From the NCBI GenBank assembly GCA_973895155.1, contig OZ316892.1, forward strand, positions 15,740,861-15,804,860: a stretch of DNA of 64,000 nt, in the 5' to 3' direction. A program made the translations under genes and the position numbers. Below, piece by piece: positions 25,861 through 38,154 of this stretch. How positions within the stretch are numbered: the stretch's first letter is position 1; each line of letters begins with the position of its first letter. The notes under the pieces were generated by a model, which was given only the letters and a program-made list of their open reading frames with translations, made no database searches and had not been told where the DNA came from. This stretch comes from Marsupella aquatica. Its lineage: Eukaryota > Plantae > Marchantiophyta.

Positions 25861-28238
25861 TGTCACGCGATTGACATGGGTCTTAACACCAAAAACGTCA
25901 CTATGGGTGCCAAAACCATCTCCTTGTACCTGAGGATCACGAAGGGATGTTGTGAATGCCGGTAAACACCAGTTTATGCCCTTAACACCAGACTATCATA
26001 GCAAGACTCTATCACACATCGCCCAAGCTCAATCCCAAGGAACCGAGGTTGGGGATCAGATCTGCGCTCATGATAGTTCTGGTGAGAAGGGGTCTTCATA
26101 TCGGGCCCGTACACACAGGGCCTAGCGCTACGGTGCGCATAGGTCTATACATATGCTTACTGTCATAGGTATGTTTCTATTCCGCCGCCGGAATGTACCC
26201 ATAAACCAGTGACTCCTGACTGATTCCCGGCTTAGGGACTTCTAAGCCATTGCCCCACCACTCTGCCATTCCACTCTCAACAATCAGAGCTATGACAGTC
26301 CTCACCCAGCCCGCTTCAATGCACCCGGTACACCTCTCAGTGGCGCTGCTAGTTCCATCATACACTCAGATTGCCTCACACACACACACATCCATGAGAG
26401 AAATGAGGCCTGAGAGGAAAACTCAATTAGATTCAAAGATGTGCACAATAGTTCACTGAGAACACTTGATCCGAACACTAGGGCCGAAGGCTGTCTCCTC
26501 CAGATTGTGACGTGCTTGCCCTGCAAGCCCCGTGCTTGCCATGCAAGCTCAATCCTGAACTCAACCTCCTTCACTGCACTTCATTCTTGGGGGCACATAC
26601 AGATCTCACACCTCCAATTCAGAACGTCAAGTTACGCATGCATAGTTGACTCGACTTCAAAGCTGGTACCAGGCCTAACGGCGATCTACCCCAGACTGCA
26701 ATGAGGCCCGGCCTCACGCTTGCCCTGCAAGCTCAGCTCTGGCCATAGATCCCTTAGTGCTCTCCACCAGACAAAGGCCGGGACTCCCCATGGGTCACGT
26801 AGCCTTGCCAGACTGAACTGTAAATGCTCCTCCTGCTGCCCCTTAATCAGTACCTCAGCCTCCCTAATGTGCCCACCGCAAATCGAATTGAAATCCTCCC
26901 CACAGTTTACAATCACCAATACATCACCTATCACCAAGGCTCTGTATCGGGGGAAAAGAACCCAGTTGTGCTGCCCGCTAGAAAGAGCCACAATCCAGCT
27001 CGCAAACCTAGCAACCCGTTGCTGTGAAGCTTGGTTGATTACTCCCTGAGTATAGCACAACCAAGCTCTCCCCAACACGCAGCGTCCAAGTCCAGCCTTG
27101 CTTGCACAGAGCTCCTCCCCGCTACTCAGTCTAAGTGAGATCACACAACTGAAGTCCCCCCCTGCCTCTACCGGAGGGATGCTCTATATACTCTCTCATT
27201 GAGCCCAAATGGGTGGATGCTACGCTGTTGGAGCCCCATCCCAGCCCTAATAGAGCCGCCACTATCTCTAACTACTGAACCCTAACTCGCAACTTTATTT
27301 CTATCTCGAATTGGCTATGTACTTCGGATTCGGCCCTCCTCCATAGTTTTCGCGAGCTTGCGCCTCCTCTCCCGATTTCTCTATTTAACCATTTTCTGCG
27401 TGGATAGCAGCGTTGGAAGCGGCTTGAGCTCCTCTTTCCAACGAGGTCAATTATAGCCGATTTGGTCAAATACATAGAGAGTTATGCCCCCATAACCGAG
27501 AGGGGGTACTCACTATTGCGCTAACCCGAGTTACATAGCTAACCCGAGTTCGGCTAACCTAGCTATCCTATCTAACCCGAGTAGAGCTAACCCGTGGTCT
27601 CGGGTTAGGCCGTCACCCGCTATCCGCTATCCGCTATCCTAGCCTAAGCTGAGCCCGAACCCGAGCTTACCTATGCTAACCTGACCCCGAGTAAATCTAA
27701 CCCGGGATCAATCTAATCCGAACCCGGGTTAAGCCTAAGCTGAAGCCGTGCTTACCTAAGCTAAGCTGAAGCCGTGCTTACCTGAGCTAAGCTGAAGCCG
27801 TGCTGACCTAAGCTAAGCTGAAGCCGTGCTGACCTGAGCTAAGCTGAAGCCGTGCTCACATAAGCTAAGCCGTGGTCAAGCTTGGGTTAACCCGAAACTG
27901 AAGCCGAATCCGCTAATTCCGGCCACAAGTTAACCCGTCACACTAATCAGGCCGTATCTTTCTTAATACACCTCCGTTTCCCGAGTGTTTTATATCGATT
28001 TTACTCGCCTTGACCAGATCTTTCCAATGCTCTTTACAGATCCGGATTTGGTGACATATTGAAAGAGATATGGTCGCCGACCACCTGCGACATAGCTTTT
28101 ATTTCCCTACTCTTAACGCCATGATTGCCCTTATTCTTGCCATCTTGCTAATTGTTATGCAATATCAATAGCTACTCCTTGCATACAGCAACCTACTTAA
28201 TCAGATTACAAAATAAGGACCATGTCATTGGCGTCACA
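25861..28238. mobile_element. Solo LTR (2378 bp) inserted in the transposase
   Basis: TG...CA ends, 5-bp TSD AGCGT (25856-25860 and 28239-28243) and ~25-bp imperfect terminal inverted repeat. Removing it restores LLSNAAEFDL as in copy B. Confidence 0.88.
27737..27872 (+). repeat. 26-bp tandem repeat (TRAGCTAAGCTGAAGCCGTGCTKACC, ~5 copies) inside the solo LTR
   Basis: Directly visible; flanked by degenerate taacccgag repeats from 27520. Confidence 0.9.
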
Positions 28239-30983
28239 AGCGTTCGACAGGAGGAGATTGGTGGCTTCCTCAAAGAGACGCGGTGACCCCGCCAGGTCCG
28301 CTGATCTGAAGGCAAGCTCAAAAATAGTTGGGCCAGTTCCTCTGCACTGCTCAATCCCCTTTTGTATGCAGTATAAGCAGCAATTTGAGCAACCGCTCTA
28401 TTTTGGTCCGTTTTACATCCTTCAAATAGACCAACCTTTTTTTTCTGTTGCCATGCTTTCATTCCAGCATGCCTAGATTCCGAACCAGTACAATTAGGAA
28501 TCATCCCAGCCTCTTCGGCACTCTTGCTCTGAAACGTTGCACGCAAGGGTTTAGTACATGTAAGAAATTGCACACAAAAGTGGAAACACAATGGAAATAA
28601 CAGTAGCGCCAGACGCTAATAAACTGATGATGATATTTCCATGTAAAGAGCCGTTTAACACAGAATAAAGGTAGTCCTTACATCACTCATAGTCCAAATG
28701 GATTATTAGCGCTCGGCGCTACTATTGCAGATAAGGAACTCTTCTATCTCACACATGCTTCACTAGCGCCGAGCGCTATTAATGGGAACATGCATCCTAG
28801 AGAAGTGTATAACTCACCAGTCTTATGAAGTTCCCCATTGTCTCCATCGGACAACCCACCAAGATAGCCACCCTTGCAGCATCCGAAGTTTGCCTGAGTG
28901 ACAATTGCCAGACCTCCACTAGTCATCAATTTCCCTAGAGATTCAATATGCTTTCAAGAAAGTTGGCGCATTCCGAAGATGATCCCACATCTCCTTGTGC
29001 TTTCCATCTTTTACACCTTCTCGGGAATGACGATGAAAAGATTGGAAAAAATGAAAGGCATCTGATCTTTCTCGCTCTGGGTCGGGTACACCGTCAAAGA
29101 ACACGTTTCAAACAGCATTCCAACCAGCCTGAGCATTGTCCGCCATGAATCCCCGAATTGTAACATCCTGTAAACCATTTTCATCGGCAACCTCTAACAT
29201 CAAACGCCAGGCTCTCTCCAGAGGTTTTGCATCTTCGGCCTTTAGCTCACAAGTGAATATGGTGCAAAGTGCCCGGTAATGATGATCATATACATGGGCA
29301 CTGAAAGTAAGCCAATCTGCCGTGCTTCGATGCATCACATCAAAACTTACCCATGAACCCTCTAACGACCCACCAGGTTTCATTCTTTGGAGCAGGTCCA
29401 GACCACTACCGTCACCTTTTACAGTCATTTAAAAGATATGAGCACTCTCGTCCCGACAACCTTGACCAGGGAGCAAGAACCTATGAAGAAAAGGCAGTCG
29501 GATACACTTTTGCATCCTCACAAGAAATTCCAGTTCCCCTTTCCCCTTCTGATCTTGACGGACACTCCTTAACACAGATGCAAACTTTTGAGGAGATGCG
29601 ACGACCATCAGGGACTCCCAGATTTCCTTCTCTTCTTCAAGAGAGATTTCTTCAACAGAGGCCTCGCAAAATGTATTCGTCAGTGTCTTAGTTGCAGAGT
29701 TTTTAATCCCTGCTGGGGATGCCATCGGGTTTGCAGTGAATCCCTTCTCCAGATGAGACTTTGCAACCTTTTTTGCCTCCCTCGAAAAGACCCGTCGACT
29801 GGGATGATTGTGAAATCCCATATGAACAGCAAGTCGCGACATGTGGGCCAAAGACTTAATGTCAACTTTTGCAGATGGATACATGTAGAACATTAGAGCA
29901 GGGCAGGCCTCAACGCACATCGGAGGTTCGGAGCAATGGTGACAAACAACTCCACCTTCGGAGATCAATTCCCCAACTCGGAATGGGCCCGAAAGTTTTG
30001 GGGTTCTTGCCAACATCTCATTATTTCGAAACTTGTTGTCTTTCCACCACGGACAAGCATTATTTCGACACTGCAGCGATCCCGTACACTGGACTTTCCC
30101 GAAATCCCACATTTTCTTCGAAAGAACATTTGAAGACGTTTTCACAATCCGAGTCCAATAATAGCAATCCTTACCACGATCCATATCTTTCAAACGTTCA
30201 CCTTTTGCGTTCACACAGTCTACCGGGGGTAACTCAAAAACCACATTCCCATTGTAAGATGTGGGAAGACTAGGCACTACGTGATGAACAAAATCACTCC
30301 CCCTTATAAACCGAGACAATTCACTATGACCTTTGGATTTCAAGATTGTATCCATTGCACTCTGCCGGTACACAGTCAAAGGCACAATCATTTCTCAATC
30401 CGCATTAGACTCCTTTTTAACCTCGGATGGGTAAACTGGAATCTTCTCTCCGAGAGTAGTTGTCGCTTGCTTATCATCTCCAGAACTTTCCGAGAGTTCG
30501 ATGACATTGAGTTCAGCCACTGTGGGAGGACGAGTATAGGAGGCCCCAAAATCTCTCAAAACAAAAACCTCATATTCTTTCTGAGCCTCCAGAGTCCAAT
30601 ATCTTAGACCATGAACAACATCGTAGAAAACTGGAGTCTCCCCCAAACAAACTGACACTAACGAGATCGCTAAAATAGACTCCTTGGTGACATCAAATCT
30701 CACTCCCAAATATTCCTCTGAAACACGCTTTGATTCAGATGATTCGAGGACGGGAATTGTGATTACATCCAGAGTGTCCTTCCTCGTGACAACGATATTT
30801 TGAGCCATGGCTTCAAAAGAGGGATATGCATTTGCCCCACGCGAAATGAAATATGTTTATCATGAGATTCGAGTACAAGAAGTAAACGTTCCATTCTCAT
30901 TATAGAGTCGTTATAGATTTGGACGCACTCCATCAATGACGTTTTGTCGTCTTACCAACGGCAGGATTCGGGTTCATAGTTAC

Positions 30984-31127
30984 TAGCGCCTGGCGCTACC
31001 TCTATGTGTAAAACACCCTTGGGTGAGGACTACGAATGCCAATAATAATAGCGCCTGGCGCTACCTCTGGGTGCAAACATTCTTGGGTGAGGAGTACGAA
31101 GGCAATAAATAATAGCGCCTGGCGCTA
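30984..31127. repeat. Three perfect TAGCGCCTGGCGCTA palindromes in ~64-bp tandem units upstream of transposase A
   Basis: Copies at 30984, 31049 and 31113, with similar spacers (cttgggtgagga.tacgaa). Confidence 0.9.
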
Positions 31128-31589
31128 CCTATTTCAATGGACTTGAAAACATTCAATGGAAGGATAAGTACGATAACGCGATATAGTACGAGTCATTAAG
31201 TTGGCACGCTTTAAGATCTCCACTGGATCTTCGCGAATCCAATCCATCCGGGTCCAAATGTGTCAGAGATCGAGGAAGCGTCCACGAAAGTTATATCAGA
31301 GGGTCCTCTTCAAAGTGGGCAGCCAGGACCAAGTGCGAACTCTCCTTATATCTAGTCGTTCTCCTCCGATGTCCTCATTGTCAAGCCATTCTTTACTGAG
31401 TCGCAGTTGTGGCTCATCTTTCGGGCGTGTGGTTCCCGTTCTCGCATTCGGGCCCAGTTGTTCTTTTGGCTTTCGTGCACGTTCTTGTTCTCCTTCTCAT
31501 CCTCGTTTCTCATTCTCTTCCTAGTTCACGCTGTTGTCCTCCTTCACGTTCTTGTTCACGCTTCTTGTTCTCGTCCTAGTTCACTTTCA

Positions 31590-32012
31590 ATGGCACCTCC
31601 ACGGGGGAAGGCAAAGGAGGAGGCACTTGTCCCGAGTGACACCGACCGGGAGACCCCCGCATCAAATAGCTTACCGCCTCGGGACGAGAGGACGACGGTT
31701 CCAATCTCAAAGAAGGGGAAACTCATCTCAAAGATGAAGAATGCCCCAACTGTGGGACGCAGCGAAGGATCCAGTCGGCCAAATGCGAGCGGCCTGACTT
31801 CTGTTCCCGCTAGGGATATCGCCCATGCTTCAGTTGGCTGTCCAAGAGCCGACACTATCTGCACGGGAGTCTCTGTATCTTCTTCATCCACCGAGAGTGA
31901 TCGTTCTTCGAGCGGGGACTCATCACCGAGCAGGCAAGGATTTGCGTGGTATGGATTGAGCGACTCGAATGACGACTCTGATGCGTACAAGCCAAGTTGG
32001 TGGGAAGACTGA
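31590..32012 (+). CDS. Small Ser-rich ORF (140 aa from ATG) between the two MULE genes; function unknown
   Basis: ATG at 31590 after a pyrimidine-rich leader; MAPPRGKAKEE...YKPSWWED. No recognisable domain. Confidence 0.35.
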   Translation: MAPPRGKAKEEALVPSDTDRETPASNSLPPRDERTTVPISKKGKLISKMKNAPTVGRSEGSSRPNASGLTSVPARDIAHASVGCPRADTICTGVSVSSSSTESDRSSSGDSSPSRQGFAWYGLSDSNDDSDAYKPSWWED

Positions 32013-32337
32013 TTTCCCGGTGTCAGAGCGTCTCGTTCGAGTGCTGGAGAGACTTGGAGGATCCATCGAGGTTGATAGGATCTAATTCCACTCGTTTTTT
32101 TCCGTTACAAAACCCATACCGTTCCTTCCTCGTATGTCGGATTTCTAGTGTATTGTAACATTTTGTATATGAACGGCACAGCCATTCGTTTTTACCCTGG
32201 TGTCAATGCTTTTGAATTCAGAAGACCAAGCTTTAATTTTGGGTTCTACTCCCGTGTTTGCATTGTATTTTTGAATGCGAAACTGATCTATTTCTTTGAA
32301 ATGGCCGTAAACACTCGTTTGCTGTCAATGTTTTTAC

Positions 32338-32773
32338 TAGCGTTCGGCGCTATTATGACAAACAAAGTGTCCATAACACTGTCATGACATGTCTTATCTC
32401 TGAAGTGTTTTTGATAGCGTTGGGCGCTATTAATGAAAGGAATCACAAGTCAAACCCGTTCGGAGTTATTTTTACTTTTATTTCAACAAAGTCTGTTCAA
32501 TTGATGTGCATTTTAATAGCGCCAGGTGCTATTGTAATTCATTGGAATATTCGTTGAATGAATGGGTTCATGTGGTCATGTTTGTTGTCATTGGACTCCG
32601 ATTTCATCATTTATTTGGATACTAGCGCCGAGCGCTACTAAAGTTGGCTTGTCGACTCCTGCACAAAATTGGAAAATTTATAGACACTTGTGTTGATAGT
32701 ACTGTCCGAAGCTACATTAAGATGGTTTTTTAGATACATTTGAAAGTATGTTGTATAATAGCGCCTGGCACTA
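32338..32773. promoter_or_regulatory. Cluster of five degenerate TAGCGCCNGGCGCTA palindromes upstream of the ParB-MTase gene
   Basis: Copies at 32338, 32415, 32517, 32623 and 32759. The regulatory role is inferred. Confidence 0.65.
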
Positions 32774-33159
32774 TCCACAACTACCGACACTGATGTGGTT
32801 CCAACGGTCACTTTCCAACGGTAATATTATAGTAGATTGAGGTTCACGGAACCCTTTTTGCTTTTGTCTGGGATGAAAGTCCAATCGGAGAATGCCATCT
32901 GTACTTGGGACCGTTGTAATCGAATGGCTGGTTCCAATGTATCAGTGTCTTAATACGAGGTGGAGATCGCTTGTTTGGGATAATTTAGTCCGTCTACGCG
33001 CTCAGACCTCGGACTGTACGAGTTTGTCAAGTGCGTATGTGCATCTTTTATTGGTCCCGTACATTTTGAGACGTGATCGTGACAAGAACTGCACGGCGCG
33101 TCCGGCAGTGCCTTTGGTCAGGCGCTCTCCACGACAACTTTTGGCTGGGTGATACGAGA

Positions 33160-36100
33160 ATGGGGGAGGCTGATGGTGGTCATTCTGAGTCCTCTCAATC
33201 TTCGTTTGCTGGTTCAGTATACACCCGTCACGTCACTCGATCGGCTGCATCCCTATCGACTTCCGAAGCTGAATCTGCACAGCCCTTCCCGAGGTCGAGG
33301 AGAGGGAGAATGGACCCTAAGGACGTCTCCATGGGTGAAGTCAGTGACATAGGCTTATCGATAGACGAGGTAATATCAAAGCACGCATTGTCGTTCGGGA
33401 AGGATTTTTGAGGATTCGATAAGGAGCCACCTTGAATTCCTCTTTGTAGATTGCTCCCCATGGAGGTTGTTCGAACCTTACAGAAAGAAAGTGCATCGAT
33501 CGAGAAGTTGAAAGAATCATTCTGTGTCACCGGGTACAACTCGCGCATTGGGATGCCTTTCTACGTTCAGCCTGCGAATGCCGATGGGGTTTCTTATATA
33601 TGCACCAGCGAGATCCGGGACTCTTGGGATCCAATCTGGGTCGCAGAGAACGACAAGTTTGAGGAAGAGTGTGATGCGGACCCAGCATTCCATATTCTAA
33701 AAGATAAAATGTTTTGTGTGTTTGACGGAAATCATCGATTGTACTCGTGGTCAATCGTCACGAGAGAGAATCCAGACAACTTGAAGTATCATCCTCGTGT
33801 GATTTGCGTCATTTTCAATGGTGACAGAGGTTTGCTAGTTGAGCTCAAGGCGGCAATGCACACCGTGAACCAGTAAGTTCTATTCGTTAACTGTTGTTAC
33901 CCCTATCATTCATTTTGGACCAAACATGCTTTGTGAAAGTGTTCGTTCCCCAATTTTTGCTAGCGCCCGGCGCTACTAATTCCTTTTCATTGCATCCAGG
34001 CTTGGACAAGCAGTCGTTGAGCCTTCCTGGATTCTTGACGCGGACAGAATTTCCCGAATTCTATCGCGTGATCTTGATCACTATAAGCCACTCATCGACA
34101 GCACGAACATGGCAAAGTTTGAGGCGATCCGAAAGAAGACGAGAAAGGGGTCTTGGTTTACACATAAAATGCCACAGGATGCTCTCATCTACATTCTGTG
34201 TGTGGACAAAATCAAGTCTTACTCAAATCAATTTAAGTCTGATATGGCTTTAGCCAAAGCTCAAGGGGCTTCTTGGTCAGAAGAGGAGACCACAAAGAGG
34301 CATGAGGCAATGATGAAGGTGGCGACCAAAGATTGGTCGATCAAAGTGACGAAGATCACCCCTTTACTTCATCCGGATTTTGGAGATTATTTGGGAACCT
34401 GTGCTGAGATGTATCCCGTAACTGAGAAGAACAAATGGGAGAAGAAGCCAGACACAGTTGTATGCACAATGGATCGAGCCAGGTTGTTTATTGCTGTTTC
34501 ATACCTGGATCCAAAATTGAGGTGCACCCTTCTAGTAGCCCACTGCACTCCCGAGATTCGGAAACAGTTTTTCCATCCTACAAGTGTCAACGACGAGCCT
34601 GTGAAGCAGTGGTGCCATACATGGCATACTTGGAATTCTGTGGAGGGAATTGCAACTGGAATGCTTCACACTTCTTTCAAACAGATTTCTGACCGGATGC
34701 CGGCTGACCGTCTCACAAAGTCTGGGTGTGAGTCAATGGAGGCCATGCTTAAGATCATTCTCGATGAATTCAGAAACTTTGGGGATCTTGTCAAGGCAAA
34801 ATTCTTCAACAACTTGTGGCCTTCCAAATATGCGGACAAGGAAGATTACACAGAGCGGAACCGGAAGAGAGCCAAACGATATCTATACCGGTTTTACATG
34901 TGGATGGAGCTTAGATCTCCTGACACTCTGTGGGCATACCCGGCTGCATTTTAGAAATGGGTGTCTATCGAAGAGGGAGACGCTCTTGCCAACCTTTATT
35001 CGATGTACCCAGCGGAGGGAAAGTTTCCACCACGTTCATTGTCGGAGTGGGAGAGACTTCACTGTCCGTGGTACCTCAACACAGACAAATGGGATTTACC
35101 GTTCGACGAAGCTGAGAAGGATGCCTTCATGAAGTTGCAGAAGTCCCAGATCCCTGCCAACTATGTGTCTGCAATGAAGCAAGGTCTCCAGTCTGATGTT
35201 GACGAATCTGCATCTGAGTTACAGAAGAATTGTGAGTCTCTTGTCATGCACGTTGACCGAAGCCGTAAGCCAAGAGCAAAGGCGAAGAATGAGTCGGCTG
35301 CACCAAGTGACTCCACAAGGTCCTTCAAGAAAAGTGAGTAGTCTAAGCGCTTTTTGGTTACTTGTTGGCGTTGCTTATGCAGGAGTTTTATTTGGAAATT
35401 CCTTTGATTAATAGCGCCTGGCGCTAGTCTGAAAGGTTGGACTCATTCAAGTTTCTGTGCCTAATAGGAGGTCGAAAGTCCGACACGGAGGTCCCAGCTG
35501 CCGAAGGGAAGAATGATGCAACTCCTCAGGCATCGGAGGCAAACACTGGAGCTCAAGAAACCCCGGATCAAGGGACCCCGGATGGTGCTGGAAAATCCAT
35601 TGTCCCTCTTGACGCAACTAGCACGAAGAAAAAGAAAAAGAGAGGCGCCGGTGAGGACAGAGCAGCATCATCTACTCGAGACGTTATTTCCTGTGGACTC
35701 CAGAGAGATGTCGGGAATTTTAAGCGAAGGTGTTCTAGACACTGTTTTGTGGAGTCCAATTTAAACGAATTTTACGATTCGGTATTTAACAAGGGGATGA
35801 AGCCCATGTGGGTTACTAAAGTTGAGGCCTAGGGAAAGGAATTGGTAAAGTCAGGAGACAGAGAGAAGGGAGTAATGCGTGGCGGAAAAGAGAGGGGCTT
35901 TGGTGTGGATGTTGGTTTCATCTACATTCCCACTGGATTAAAACCAACACTTCTTGATCGGAAGGTTCCCAAGTGGAACCTTCAGGATTACACTATTCCC
36001 AGCTCTTTCTTCCGAGCCATGGAGCCGTTCCTTGCAGACGATGGCCTACTTGCAATTTTACACAGAGGAGACTATGATCAGGTATCTGAAGTGATTGCGG

Positions 36101-36973
36101 CTTGCCAGGATTCTAAGTGTTTCCAGTGTATTTCAACCCACCATGTGGTCATGACTACACCAATGTATAGGCCCCGATCTGATACTCAGGTAACAATTCC
36201 TCTTGCACATACTAGCGCCCGACACTACTATCAGCATTCGCAATATCTACAATTCACTGGGCTGGAAAATCGGCCAGAGTTTGTTGATACTTCCGGTAAG
36301 GTCTTCCTCGATCTTTTACAGAACAAAGAAGTGGTTGCACCAACTCCTCCTAAGAAGATTCCTGGAAGTAAGAAGCAGGACAGGCTCCGTGCTATTCTAA
36401 ATTTTGATTCGGAAGATGAGGATGAGGGTGGAAATGCTTCTCAGCAATCTAAAGATGATGAGGTGTCGAAGAATGTGGTGGACCTTGGATCTGGAGATGA
36501 GGACAGTGAAGAGTCAGAAGAGTAATTTTTTTTAGCTTTCTTTCTCTCATTGTATACTTTTTTCCAAAAAACTCCTCTACTCCCTTTTGTCTAGAAAATT
36601 CGCCCGATTTCCCGACTTCGACTAAAGAACTCCAGTTCAAATTCTCAGGTCAGAGTGGAATCTTCGGAGGCGTTTTCAACTTCGAAGGAACGTCTCTAGG
36701 AACGTTGTACAGACCCCGGAGAAGCCATTTGTTCTCCCCTCTTATGCTGAAAAGGCGGCACGACGGGCAGATTTAGTCAGGACGCTTACTTGGGAGAGTA
36801 AGGGTCTTAGACTTAGGAGAGGCTCAGATAGAAAGTTTGTGCAGAATCACTTCGTAGATGATATTGCAAAATCCAAGTATGTGGACGACGAAGCAGAGTC
36901 CACTGATAGATCAGAAAGTAGCGGTTCTGAATCGGGCTCAGAGTTGAGTGGTGGTTGTGGATCTGGTCTTTAG
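33160..36973 (+). pseudogene. ParB/Srx-like plus amino-MTase-like fusion, copy A (exons ~33160-33872, 34000-35333, 35469-36189, partial ~36253-36522, 36649-36973)
   Basis: VRTLQKESASIEKLKESFCVTGY...FCVFDGNHRLYSW...MHTVNQ; GVDVGFIYIPTG; FFRAMEPFLADDGLLAIL. GT-AG splicing keeps the frame and matches copy C. The SAM-binding segment is deleted. Confidence 0.78.
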
Positions 36974-37314
36974 TTTTCCTTATTTTATTTACCCGTTTAT
37001 GGAGAACGACGACACTCAATAAGAACGCCGTGACGTGTCGGATTGGAGTAGCGCTCGGCGCTATTACTGTAGCCGGTAGTTCAAAGAGGTTTTTATTTGG
37101 TTGTTTTCCTTATAGCGCCCGGCGCTAGTATAAATGTACTCAATGGCCGCTTCACGTCCAATATATGTGATAATATTTTCATACCCTTTGGTGTCTTTTT
37201 TGGGTGCACATTTGCTGGTATGAGTTTTGTTGTTTGCTGTTTACTGTTTGTTGTTTGCTGTTTACTGTTTGTTGTTTGCTGTTTGCTGTCATGGAGAGAT
37301 CCCCCGATTTTTAC

Positions 37315-38154
37315 TATAAGATACCTCCACCACTAGTGTAGTTTATGGTAAAGTCTAGCAATTTTTGCCTTTCCTTGGTGCTCTGCCAGTTGATCATGAA
37401 TGTTAAGAGTTCGAGATCAAGCTTGACACCAGGAGAAGACTTTCCTCCTTCTTGTGGTTTAATCCTTTGAATAAATCATGGGAAGTAAAATTCCAATTGT
37501 GTAAATCTTATGAGATCTAATGACAGATTCCTCTTTGGGTGACTCATTACAATCTCCTGAGTTCTTGGAGTTAACTCACTGAGTTTAAGTCTTATTTGAA
37601 ATTGATGGATTTTCTTTCATGTTGCTTAGTACCATCTAAATGTTGAAGTAGCTACCTTTTAGATCTTATCTGAGTACCACTTAGAAAGAAAGGATAAGAC
37701 ATGTTGACGGCATTTTAAAAGGTACTCTAGTAAGCAATTTAGATCTGAAAAGCAATATGGATTTGTATCCTTAAGTCTTTTCATTTTGACTTATGTCTAA
37801 GGAGTAACCTTGGAAAATTCCAGACTTCCTTAGCATACTTTAAGATATTTTTCCTTGTGTTTTGTTAATCATTCCATTTTCATTAATTTATGGTTACATG
37901 ATGCTGAGTTGTCATTTAAAACCACTCACCGCTGTGGAGCGATCTTCAAAATACCTTATTAAAGTAATCAATTCTGATTACTATGTGTTAAAGAGAGTTC
38001 TTAAACTCTCATTTGTGTTTTTATGTATCAAATCAACCCCATCTTGTTCTTTACGGGAACGAATACCGAGTTTGAAGACCTTTAAGTGTGTTTTTGGTTC
38101 TTCATAGCAAACTACAGACAACACCAAAGAGGATCGATGTATTGAGGGTCACAC
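37315..38154 (+). mobile_element. Putative continuation and end of the LTR begun at 20767
   Basis: Resumes after the MULE TSD with a TATAA element and lacks the MULE palindrome. The CA end near 38154 is approximate. Confidence 0.5.

Larger units (their letters stand above)
24614..30808 (-). pseudogene. MULE transposase copy A: GCM/WRKY-like Zn domain, DDE core, C-terminal SWIM finger; one intron (~28533-28817)
   Basis: CTGSLQCRNNAC...CHHC...C...HMGFHNHP; SFDVM, FMADNA..AV, DAFHF, NCTGSESRH; SWIM CSCEDF...PCKHVYWV. Frameshifts near 30393 and 29428; solo-LTR insertion. Confidence 0.85.
24133..37305. mobile_element. Mutator-like element copy A with both ends (13.2 kb including a nested solo LTR)
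   Basis: 9-bp TSD GATTTTTAC at 24124-24132 and 37306-37314. Imperfect TIRs GGGTATAACCACCGTGCTAGCAAATAGTAAA and GGGGGATCTCTCCATGACAGCAAACAGCAAA. Contains a MULE transposase. Confidence 0.9.

Noticed and set aside
26123-26130. TAGCGCTA in the LTRs (also 54192)
   Set aside because: Only an 8-bp palindrome, not the 15-bp MULE motif.
26177-27475. Short ORFs inside the solo LTR, in 47750-49535, and antisense to transposon genes
   Set aside because: No recognisable motifs; consistent with chance or shadow ORFs.
30984-31127. CRISPR-like repeat-spacer pattern (also 38546-38685 and 32338-32773)
   Set aside because: The repeat is only 15 bp, spacers resemble each other or vary widely in length, there are no cas genes, and the context is eukaryotic.
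33160-36973. Bacterial or plasmid contamination (parB plus methylase)
   Set aside because: The gene has conserved GT-AG introns and lies inside a TSD-bounded MULE among plant retroelements; no parA is present.
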